From positions 6,066-70,065 of IMG/VR virus record IMGVR_UViG_2903589935_000002: a DNA stretch of 64,000 nt, one strand, 5' to 3'. The stretch comes from a virus. Taxonomy: Duplodnaviria > Caudoviricetes. Below the pieces are notes generated by a model. It was given only the letters and a program-made list of their open reading frames with translations. It was not told the DNA's origin and made no database searches. Below are positions 56,678-64,000 of this stretch, piece by piece (the stretch's first letter is position 1; the number at the start of each line of letters is the position of its first letter). A program made the translations under genes and the position numbers.

Positions 56678-57772
56678 ATGAAACACATCAAAGAATTAGA
56701 TGGGCTTCGGGGGGTAATGGCTTTATGGGTGGTTGCAGGGCACGCGTATGAAGCCATCCCCTCAATGAATAAAGTAATACCTATCACGTTGTTGAATGAT
56801 TTTGCAGTTGACGTTTTTATAGTTCTCAGCGGATTTGTTATTTTTAATCTATTAAACAAAAGCAAAATGTCTTATAAGAAATATATAACTCAAAGATGGA
56901 TGAGACTTTTCCCTATATATCTGGTGGTTCTGGCTGCATCAATCTCGAGCATGTATTTCTACAGGGATATTTTAACTATCGCTCCGTTCTCACCATCAAC
57001 GGAACATAGAATTTACCAGGTGGATACCTATCTAAGTAATCAGCTTTCTCATCTCGTTCCGCATCTTTTCCTCCTTCAGGGGGTAATTCCTGAAAGGATA
57101 TTGCCGTTGGCTGGGACAACAATCGTGGGTCAGGCTTGGAGCGCTTCTGTTGAGTGGCAGTTTTACCTGATTGCTCCTATGCTGTTTGTTTTTTTTAGTA
57201 AATTAATGACATCTCCTTCTAACAGAGCGCTTTTACTTGCGTCATTTTTCTTGGTCGTCATGATTCTTTTGGGTAAGATACTTCATAATAAAGCGTTTGC
57301 TGGTGGAAGCATGGCTGCTTTCTTGATGGGGTTTATTTCATTTTTCTTTTATCGTGATATTTTCCCAATTATTACTTTGGCTAGGCTTAAGGTTATTTCT
57401 TTCTTTGTTATTGTTTCATCGGTGTTGTTGCTGAAGAAGGATTGCATCGGGTATGTAATATGGTTTGCGACATTCTTTGCCGTTCTGATAAGTATGAAAA
57501 GTGAACGTGGAAACCTCATAACAAAATTCTTTGATAATAGAATCATGCAGGTTATTGGTAAGGTTTCTTATTCTGTTTATATGGTGCACATGTTAGTTAT
57601 TTACTTTGCTCTATATGTTTTTGTAATTATGGAAGTTAATATTGGATTTGGATATTTAATGCTTGTGCCGATATCAATAATTATCTCTCTAATTGTATCA
57701 ATGGCCACGTTTAAGTTTATTGAGCAGCCAATGATGAATCTGGGAAAACGAGTTTCACAAAAGTTGGCATGA
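56678..57772 (+). CDS. Acyltransferase-3 (OafA-like) membrane O-acyltransferase, moron
   Basis: LDGLRG, VDVFIVLSGF, R..RLFP, WS..VEWQFY, SYSVYMVH; very AT-rich, many TM helices. Confidence 0.92.
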   Translation: MKHIKELDGLRGVMALWVVAGHAYEAIPSMNKVIPITLLNDFAVDVFIVLSGFVIFNLLNKSKMSYKKYITQRWMRLFPIYLVVLAASISSMYFYRDILTIAPFSPSTEHRIYQVDTYLSNQLSHLVPHLFLLQGVIPERILPLAGTTIVGQAWSASVEWQFYLIAPMLFVFFSKLMTSPSNRALLLASFFLVVMILLGKILHNKAFAGGSMAAFLMGFISFFFYRDIFPIITLARLKVISFFVIVSSVLLLKKDCIGYVIWFATFFAVLISMKSERGNLITKFFDNRIMQVIGKVSYSVYMVHMLVIYFALYVFVIMEVNIGFGYLMLVPISIIISLIVSMATFKFIEQPMMNLGKRVSQKLA

Positions 57773-57802
57773 GGACATCGAACATTTCGATGTTTCTACG
57801 AT

Positions 57803-57836
57803 AGTCAGGAAACCGACCAACCACTCGCCACATCAT
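57803..57836 (+). promoter_or_regulatory. Late promoter box 3 (terminase), degenerate left half
   Basis: AGTCAG-gaaa-CCGACC, N12, CATCAT. Confidence 0.6.
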
Positions 57837-57864
57837 AGCCCCATGATAACCATGGGGCTTTTTT

Positions 57865-58206
57865 ATGCACAACGATTACAAAACCCGCCTTACCGCGCTG
57901 AGCGACAAGTTAACAGACGTCGTGCTCGAGGAAGCCGATCCGGATACCTGGCCGGGCGCCGACAAACCACTCGACAAACACACGAAGCAGGAGCGCGGCG
58001 ATCGCTACTGGTGCAAGAAGAACGCGGCGGCGTCGCTCACGCTGCTGGTGAAGGTGCATTCGCTGATCGGCATGCACACGCGCGGCGGCACGCCGAAAGA
58101 CGGCGACGAGCCGGACGACGAAGCGTTTCGCCTTGGGCAGCAGGTATCCGCCGCTGAGCGCGCGGCGCAGGAAGTTATCGAACGCCTGCAGCAGCGGAAA
58201 AAATGA
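57865..58206 (+). CDS. Probable terminase small subunit
   Basis: 113 aa, ATGA-coupled to terL. Confidence 0.65.
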   Translation: MHNDYKTRLTALSDKLTDVVLEEADPDTWPGADKPLDKHTKQERGDRYWCKKNAAASLTLLVKVHSLIGMHTRGGTPKDGDEPDDEAFRLGQQVSAAERAAQEVIERLQQRKK

Positions 58207-59813
58207 TTTCGTTCGTCGCCTTTTTCATCATGTGGGCGGAGAGGATGGGGTGGGATGTTCCCGACTGCCATTACCGCGCCTGCCACTGGCTCGAGCACCG
58301 CGGCGATCTGGCGGTGCTTCGCTGTTTCCGTGGCTTCGGTAAATCCACCATTCTGGCGGTGTATAACGCCTGGCGGTATTACCGGGATCGCCAGTACCGG
58401 ATCTTGCACCAATCCGAGGCCGACGGCACGGCGTACAAAACCAGCCGCGACACGCAGAACGTGCTGCGCAATCACCCGCTGACGCGCGGCATGCTGCCGG
58501 ACGGGCAGGGAACCGTTGAGCAGTGGTGGGTTAACGGCTCACTGGATATGCGTAACGGCAGCATGTACGCAAAAGGCATCCTGTCGAACGTCACCTCTGC
58601 CCGTGCCGACGAATGCCAAAACGATGACGTCGAAGTTCCGCGAAACATCCAGACGCCGGAGGCCCGCGAAAAACTGCGCTACCGCCTCGGCGAGCAAACG
58701 CACATCCTCGTCCCCGGCGGCCGAAAGCTGTTCATCGGCACGCCGCACACCCACGACAGCCTATACGATGAGGTCGAAGCCATGGGCGCCGACTGCCTGA
58801 CGATCAAATTTTTCGAGAAAGAGCACCGCATCGATGAAAAACAGGCGACGGCGCGCAACTACGCGCTGCCGTTCCGGCCGGAATACGTCTTTGTCGGCAT
58901 CCATATCGGCGCGCGACTGCTCGCCGAGGGCGTCGACTATCAGCTGACAACTGCCGGGATCACCTTCGCTGAGCCACCGGGAACGACGGTCGACTGCTAC
59001 GCCGAATGTGCATGGCCAGAACGGTTTACGCCGGCCGAGATGGAGAAGCGCCGGCAGGAAACGCGCACGGTAAACGAATGGGATAGCCAGTACCAGTTGC
59101 ACAGCAAACCGATCGGCGAATCCCGCCTCGACCCTGAACGCATCCGCGAGTACAACGTGCAGCCGGAAATCCGGTACGCGAACCGCACCGCGTCGATGTG
59201 GCTTGGCAGCCAGCAGATTGTCGGTGCTGTCGCCTGGTGGGACGTGGCCACCGGCAAAGCGAAATCGGACGCCAGCGCCTTTTCGCTGGTGCTGACCGAC
59301 GCACGCGGGCACCTGTACTGGCATGTGTGCCAGGAACTGATCGGCGATCTGGCCGAGTTCGACGAGCGCGACAAAATCACCGGCGGCCAGGTGGTACAGA
59401 TCCGCGAACTGGTGATCCGGTACCAGATACCGCAGGTGGTGGTCGAGGTAAACGGGCCCGGCAGTTTCGCCGGCAAGCTGCTCCGCCAGGCGCTGAAAGG
59501 TACCGGCTGCGGTGTCCGTGAGGAGTTCACCATAACCAACAAGCAAAAACGCATCCTCGATGCGTTTGAGGCGCCGCTGTCGTCTCGTTTCCTGTGGGCG
59601 CATAGCGACGTGCTCGACGGGCCGGCCTACGACCAAATGCGAGATTTCAACCCGACGGTAACCAACCAGCCGGACGACTTTATCGATTCTGGGGCGGGGG
59701 CTATCAGCGAGACGCCGGTGCGCATCGGAAAATTGGTCGGGAAACCGACCGCTCAGGGGCGGGAAGATTGGCAGCCATCAGATGGCGATCACGAGGTCGC
59801 CGTGGACTACTAA
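58203..59813 (+). CDS. Terminase large subunit
   Basis: FRGFGKST Walker A, NDDVE, IGTP, WWD..D RNase H-like motifs. Confidence 0.92.
   Translation: MISFVAFFIMWAERMGWDVPDCHYRACHWLEHRGDLAVLRCFRGFGKSTILAVYNAWRYYRDRQYRILHQSEADGTAYKTSRDTQNVLRNHPLTRGMLPDGQGTVEQWWVNGSLDMRNGSMYAKGILSNVTSARADECQNDDVEVPRNIQTPEAREKLRYRLGEQTHILVPGGRKLFIGTPHTHDSLYDEVEAMGADCLTIKFFEKEHRIDEKQATARNYALPFRPEYVFVGIHIGARLLAEGVDYQLTTAGITFAEPPGTTVDCYAECAWPERFTPAEMEKRRQETRTVNEWDSQYQLHSKPIGESRLDPERIREYNVQPEIRYANRTASMWLGSQQIVGAVAWWDVATGKAKSDASAFSLVLTDARGHLYWHVCQELIGDLAEFDERDKITGGQVVQIRELVIRYQIPQVVVEVNGPGSFAGKLLRQALKGTGCGVREEFTITNKQKRILDAFEAPLSSRFLWAHSDVLDGPAYDQMRDFNPTVTNQPDDFIDSGAGAISETPVRIGKLVGKPTAQGREDWQPSDGDHEVAVDY
59735..59768 (+). 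promoter_or_regulatory. Late promoter box 4 (tailspike-lysis), inside terL 3' end
   Basis: GGTCGG-gaaa-CCGACC, N12, GAAGAT. Confidence 0.65.
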
Positions 59814-59826
59814 GAGGCTTCCCCCG

Positions 59827-62535
59827 ATGGCGGTTCCAATCCAAACCCCTTACAACATCTACACCGCCAACGGCGTAACTACGGTATTCCCGTATGAGTT
59901 TTTAATTCTGGATGCAGGTGATTTAACAGTTTCCATAAATGGCGAGCCCGTTACTTCGGGCTTTAGCATTACCGGCGTTGGCACAACGAACGGCGGCGAT
60001 GTGATTTTCCTGACGCCGCCAGCTGCTGGCGCAACCGTGATGAATCTTCGCGAAATCCCTGCTACGCGTCTGCAAAACTATCAGAACAACGGTGATCTGC
60101 TCGCGGCCACCGTCAACAACGATTTCGATCGGTTGTGGCTGGCAATCCAGCAATCCTACCTGTATCTCGGTTTGTGCCTGCAGCGCCCGCTGCTTGGTGG
60201 CCCATTCAATGCCCACGGCTATCGCATCGAGAATTTAGCCGATCCTGTAAATCAGCAAGACGCGGCGACCAAAAATTATGTGCTGGTGAAAATTGCTGAA
60301 TCAGACGCAGCAGGGGCTGAAGAGCTGGCACGTGAGCGCGCCGAGCGGATCGCCGCTGACAACGCAGAGCAGGCGGCACGAACCAAGGCAGATATCGATA
60401 TTCGCAACGAGATCACCACGAACAACAAGCGAAACCTCCGGTTTGGCTATGACGTTGACGTGATGCCTGATGCCGCTACCAACGCGAATAAGCTGGTAGG
60501 CCTGAATGCCCAGGGTAAGCCGGTTCCGGTTTCTGCTGACGCAGGTTCGAATACTGAGTTGTCGCTCGAGCTGGCTGATGCTGGCATGCCGGGCGGAGCC
60601 GGCTTGGTTGGCTGGAATGGTGAGACAGTCGCGGATGCGCTGGCCGGCATCATGGGTAAAACGCTGACTCGTATCACGAACAACGGATTTTTTGCGAACT
60701 GGCCGCAGGGCAAAATGTTTTCGTGGAAAGGTTACGCCTACATGGGGTGGCATGCTGGCAGCTTGCACGGCTCTGCCGACGCTGATGCGTACATTATTCG
60801 AACTCGCGACGGTGTAAACTTCAGCGATATATTCACGGTGGCCACGCACACTTCTAACGAAGGTGCCGCATGGTTTTCTGTTGGCGTTACCGCGGAAGAT
60901 ACGCTGATCGGGATTGTACGATTCCGGCAGGGCGCCAGCGATGATTCGCCGATCAGACACGTGTTTTACCGCTCGTCCAATGGCTCAAGCTGGACAGCGG
61001 GTAACGCGTTTACTATGACCACAGAATCCGGCGCCACTCCAACTTTGTATCACGGCTTCTGCCTTCTTCCGAATGGTAACTTCATCACCGGCTATCACGC
61101 GGCCGATGGTGAACTCGGTTATGTTGAGATAAACCCAAACACTGAGGCGTATACCAAGCACGTCATTTTGACGCCAGCGCAGAATATGTATAACGGTGCT
61201 GTGGTACACGTTGAGCTGAACTTCCTGCGCCGCGATGATACGAACAAAGTCCTGATCACATCTCGCTCTCAATTCGCCTCGTATCAAAATCCAGGCATGT
61301 GGGTGTTGGATGTCGGCACCGGCAGCTTATCCGGTATGGTTCCGACGGGCATCCCGTTTAGCGTTAACCCGGTTACCCCTGTTTTTGCGCCTGGCTATCA
61401 GCGCGTCCTGTTTGTCGTCGCAAACCGCTATGACTCCCTCGATCTTACTCGCGAGCAGGCAGGCATTTGGGTTTATGAAGCGTCAATTTCTGACGCATTC
61501 AACATGAATTGGGCCGGTTTTCGCGGTCGCTGCGTGGCCCGGCTATCAGGCGATCTTAATTCAAATGCTGGCGTTGCCGGCGTGCAGCATGCTTGTTTGC
61601 ATGGCGACATGGTGCTGATCGGCAGTGGTTGTGAAGTGGCCGGCAATGCTGATCGCTCTGATGTGTTCATGTTGAAGCTGGACTATCGCCCGTCATACAT
61701 CCAAACGCAAACCGCGTTCCAGACCAGTGGCGCGGCAGCGGCGGCTCCGAATGGAACGACAGAATTCCGCCTCTTCGACGGTGCTGGCCGGAATGCGCGT
61801 ATTCGGATGAATGGGCTAAACCTGGTCAACGATTCCGGTACGATTTTTCAGTTTGGCTTTACCAACCTGAATAACGGGAACCGCAGCATTGGTTTTTACA
61901 CGGGAGAGGTGACGACTCCCGCGATCTATATTCGTAGCTCTGGCATTGCAGGTAATCCCGTTGCCATGGATTTTAACCGCGATATTAATTTCGCCGGCGG
62001 CACATTCCACTATGCCCCTGGCGCGCGCATCCGATTCAACTCGAACACGTCCGCGCTTGGCCCGTCGACCATTTTCTACAACTCGACAAATAACCGTTTA
62101 GAGATCAACTCAACGAGCAGCGATACCGCGGCGATCATGTATTCGCGCAGCACCGATATTCTGACGTTGTCACGCTCAGATGTTGGCTCAGCGGTTAACC
62201 CCGCGGGGCTTTATTTGTTGGCGTCAAACGATGCTGGAGCGTCATCAGTAACCGGCGGCGGCTCGTTGGGTATCGCCTTTAATGTGTCTGGCTACACTGC
62301 GGGTGCGGCGATGCGTGTTGCGCAGAATGGCAACATCCTTGCGAACACCCCGGTTCAAAAAGCGCGTTACGCGGTGAATGCGTTACCGACTTCCGGCCTC
62401 ATTTCTGGCGCTGAGGCATACGCAACGAACGGCAGAAAGGCTGGGGAGGGGGCTGGGGCTGGTTCCGGCTGCCCTGTTTGGTTTGATGGCACTTACTGGC
62501 GCACGTATTACGACAACTCGATCGTAGCGGCTTAA
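59827..62535 (+). CDS. Tailspike/fibre with T7 gp17-like N-terminus and Asp-box (sialidase-like) domain
   Basis: NGVTTVFPYEF..NNDFDRLWLAIQQ; Asp-box-like TRDGVNF and SSNGSSW; start moved to MAVP. Confidence 0.82.
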   Translation: MAVPIQTPYNIYTANGVTTVFPYEFLILDAGDLTVSINGEPVTSGFSITGVGTTNGGDVIFLTPPAAGATVMNLREIPATRLQNYQNNGDLLAATVNNDFDRLWLAIQQSYLYLGLCLQRPLLGGPFNAHGYRIENLADPVNQQDAATKNYVLVKIAESDAAGAEELARERAERIAADNAEQAARTKADIDIRNEITTNNKRNLRFGYDVDVMPDAATNANKLVGLNAQGKPVPVSADAGSNTELSLELADAGMPGGAGLVGWNGETVADALAGIMGKTLTRITNNGFFANWPQGKMFSWKGYAYMGWHAGSLHGSADADAYIIRTRDGVNFSDIFTVATHTSNEGAAWFSVGVTAEDTLIGIVRFRQGASDDSPIRHVFYRSSNGSSWTAGNAFTMTTESGATPTLYHGFCLLPNGNFITGYHAADGELGYVEINPNTEAYTKHVILTPAQNMYNGAVVHVELNFLRRDDTNKVLITSRSQFASYQNPGMWVLDVGTGSLSGMVPTGIPFSVNPVTPVFAPGYQRVLFVVANRYDSLDLTREQAGIWVYEASISDAFNMNWAGFRGRCVARLSGDLNSNAGVAGVQHACLHGDMVLIGSGCEVAGNADRSDVFMLKLDYRPSYIQTQTAFQTSGAAAAAPNGTTEFRLFDGAGRNARIRMNGLNLVNDSGTIFQFGFTNLNNGNRSIGFYTGEVTTPAIYIRSSGIAGNPVAMDFNRDINFAGGTFHYAPGARIRFNSNTSALGPSTIFYNSTNNRLEINSTSSDTAAIMYSRSTDILTLSRSDVGSAVNPAGLYLLASNDAGASSVTGGGSLGIAFNVSGYTAGAAMRVAQNGNILANTPVQKARYAVNALPTSGLISGAEAYATNGRKAGEGAGAGSGCPVWFDGTYWRTYYDNSIVAA

Positions 62536-62566
62536 TCAACGCCGCCGACAGCGGCGGAGGTGGAGC

Positions 62567-62875
62567 ATGAAAATGAACGACCAACAACCCGTAAACATCG
62601 TGACGCAATTCTTTGCCTGGTTGGCCGCGATTGCGTCCGCAGCCGGGATAACGACACAAGACCTAATCTACATCGCGTTCGGTGCAATCGGTGTACTGGT
62701 ATCCGTGCTGTCCTTCGTGCTGGGGCGTATAGACGCAAGGGCTAAACGCAAACAGGAGGAGCGCAGAACAGCGCTCTACGAAGGGTATTTGGAGCGTCGC
62801 AGCGGAAGAGCTGGGGTGTCTATAGATGAGGCGGATCAGTACACGCCTTTGCCGGGTGGGGAGAGTGAAACGTGA
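62567..62875 (+). CDS. Holin with M-K-M dual start
   Basis: GGAGG SD, two hydrophobic segments, basic tail, upstream of lysozyme. Confidence 0.75.
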   Translation: MKMNDQQPVNIVTQFFAWLAAIASAAGITTQDLIYIAFGAIGVLVSVLSFVLGRIDARAKRKQEERRTALYEGYLERRSGRAGVSIDEADQYTPLPGGESET

Positions 62876-63387
62876 GTGTAATCAAAAAGGGAGGCGCCGC
62901 CGGCGCAATCTGTTCTGTCGCGGTAATCATCGGCCTGGTTCTATCGAGCGGTGAGGTAAAAATCAGCCGCGCCGGACTGGAGCTGATCGGCAACGCCGAG
63001 GGCTGCCGCCGTGACCCGTACAAATGTCCCGCTGATGTGTGGACGGATGGCATCGGCAATACGCACGGCGTTAAACAAGGCGTGCGCAAGACAGATCAGC
63101 AGATCGCCACCGACTGGCAAAAGAACATCCTGGCGGCTGAGCGGTGTGTTACAAGCTATGCAGCCGGCGACAAGCTGCAGCAGGGTGCCTTCGACGCGGC
63201 GGTGAGCATCACGTTTAATGCCGGTTGCTCGACGATGCAGAAATCGACGATGTTCCGGCTGTTCCGCCAGGGGGAAACTGTGGCCGCTTGCGATCAGTTC
63301 CCGCGTTGGGTGTATGCCGGCGGCGTAAAGCTAAACGGCCTGGTGGTCCGCCGTGACAAGGAGCGCGCACTATGCTTGGCAAAATAA
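62872..63387 (+). CDS. Endolysin, GH24 with SAR-like N-terminus
   Basis: EGCRRDPYKCPADVWT (E-x8-C-x5-T), hydrophobic N-terminus. Confidence 0.9.
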   Translation: MSVIKKGGAAGAICSVAVIIGLVLSSGEVKISRAGLELIGNAEGCRRDPYKCPADVWTDGIGNTHGVKQGVRKTDQQIATDWQKNILAAERCVTSYAAGDKLQQGAFDAAVSITFNAGCSTMQKSTMFRLFRQGETVAACDQFPRWVYAGGVKLNGLVVRRDKERALCLAK

Positions 63388-63746
63388 CATCTGCGGTGGT
63401 GATCCTGCTGGCGCTGGCGGCCGTTGTCGGCGCTGGTGCCTGGCTGGCCGCGCGGCACTACCAACCAACGATTGACCGCCTAAACGAGGCGATGACGCAG
63501 TGCAAAGACAGTAATAAGCAACAGGAGGCGGTGATCGCCAGCCAGAATGCCGGCATTGAAGCGCTGCAGCGCAAGCAGGAAGAGCTGGAATCCAAGGTCA
63601 AGGCGGCGCAGGCAAAGGCACGCAGGGAGGCGCAGGGCGATTATGAGAAGGCCAATTCCGTTATGGCAGAGCGAACTACTGGCGAGGTTTGCGCCGCGGC
63701 GTCTGCTGCGTTTGACGCAGAGCTGCGCCGGGAGCGTGCCCAATGA
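63372..63746 (+). CDS. Inner-membrane spanin
   Basis: N-terminal TM helix plus coiled coil after endolysin. Confidence 0.78.
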   Translation: MLGKITSAVVILLALAAVVGAGAWLAARHYQPTIDRLNEAMTQCKDSNKQQEAVIASQNAGIEALQRKQEELESKVKAAQAKARREAQGDYEKANSVMAERTTGEVCAAASAAFDAELRRERAQ

Positions 63747-64000
63747 AAAAGTTAATGCCAGCGATCTTATTGATGATAGGTGGGTGCTCGAGCGCGCCGC
63801 AGGTGCCGACCTACGTTGAAGTGAAAGTCCCGATCGCCGTGCCATGCAAAACGGCAGACGTTGCGCGCCCGGCGTTCGCAGTTGACCAGCTGCCTATCGG
63901 TGCTCCAATCGATGCGCAGATGAGAGCATTGCGTGCTGAGCGCCATCAGCGGATTGGGTATGAGCGTGAATTACTGGCGGCGAATGAGGCATGCAAATAA
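63743..64000 (+). CDS. Outer-membrane lipoprotein spanin
   Basis: Lipobox IGGC, VPIAVPC, C-terminal Cys. Confidence 0.8.
   Translation: MKKLMPAILLMIGGCSSAPQVPTYVEVKVPIAVPCKTADVARPAFAVDQLPIGAPIDAQMRALRAERHQRIGYERELLAANEACK

Larger units (their letters stand above)
28192..64000. mobile_element. Temperate podovirus prophage (lambdoid early region, T7/BPP-1-like virion module), right end outside window
   Basis: int-xis, CI/Cro/YdaT, replication, portal, capsid, tail tubular, internal virion, terminase, tailspike and lysis genes. Confidence 0.93.

Noticed and set aside
59827-64000. Diversity-generating retroelement as in BPP-1, or a tail-fibre invertase cassette
   Set aside because: No reverse transcriptase, TR/VR repeat pair or serine invertase seen in the window

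Overview
The window holds two tandem enterobacterial prophages (host probably Serratia-like; inference only) joined at a duplicated 3' half of tRNA-Leu(TAA) at 28138-28191. Left (1-~28190) is a P2-like myovirus: tail sheath, a rearranged tail module with an SGNH-esterase-like spike, baseplate, a phage-21-type lysis cassette, head/terminase/portal genes, gpA with ori, two adenine methyltransferases, repressor and integrase. Right (~28190-64000, running off the window) is a temperate podovirus with a lambdoid early region (int, xis, Gp157, RecE-N/Sak fusion, non-cleavable CI, Cro/YdaS, YdaT, initiator with iterons, DnaB) and T7/BPP-1-like virion genes, an O-acyltransferase moron, terminase, Asp-box tailspike and lysis genes. 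The strongest unexplained signal is a candidate multi-target antisense sRNA (~33564-33680, +; extended -10 promoter, intrinsic terminator, three UUGGUC copies). It is complementary to a GAGGAAAGACCA ribosome-binding motif placed before five dispersed phage genes, three of which also have an upstream CUGACCA-loop hairpin. Other signals: four GGTCGG-N4-CCGACC late-promoter boxes, two YdaT boxes, a LexA box, an unlisted CsrA-like ORF, and a five-box repeat array upstream of a methyltransferase.
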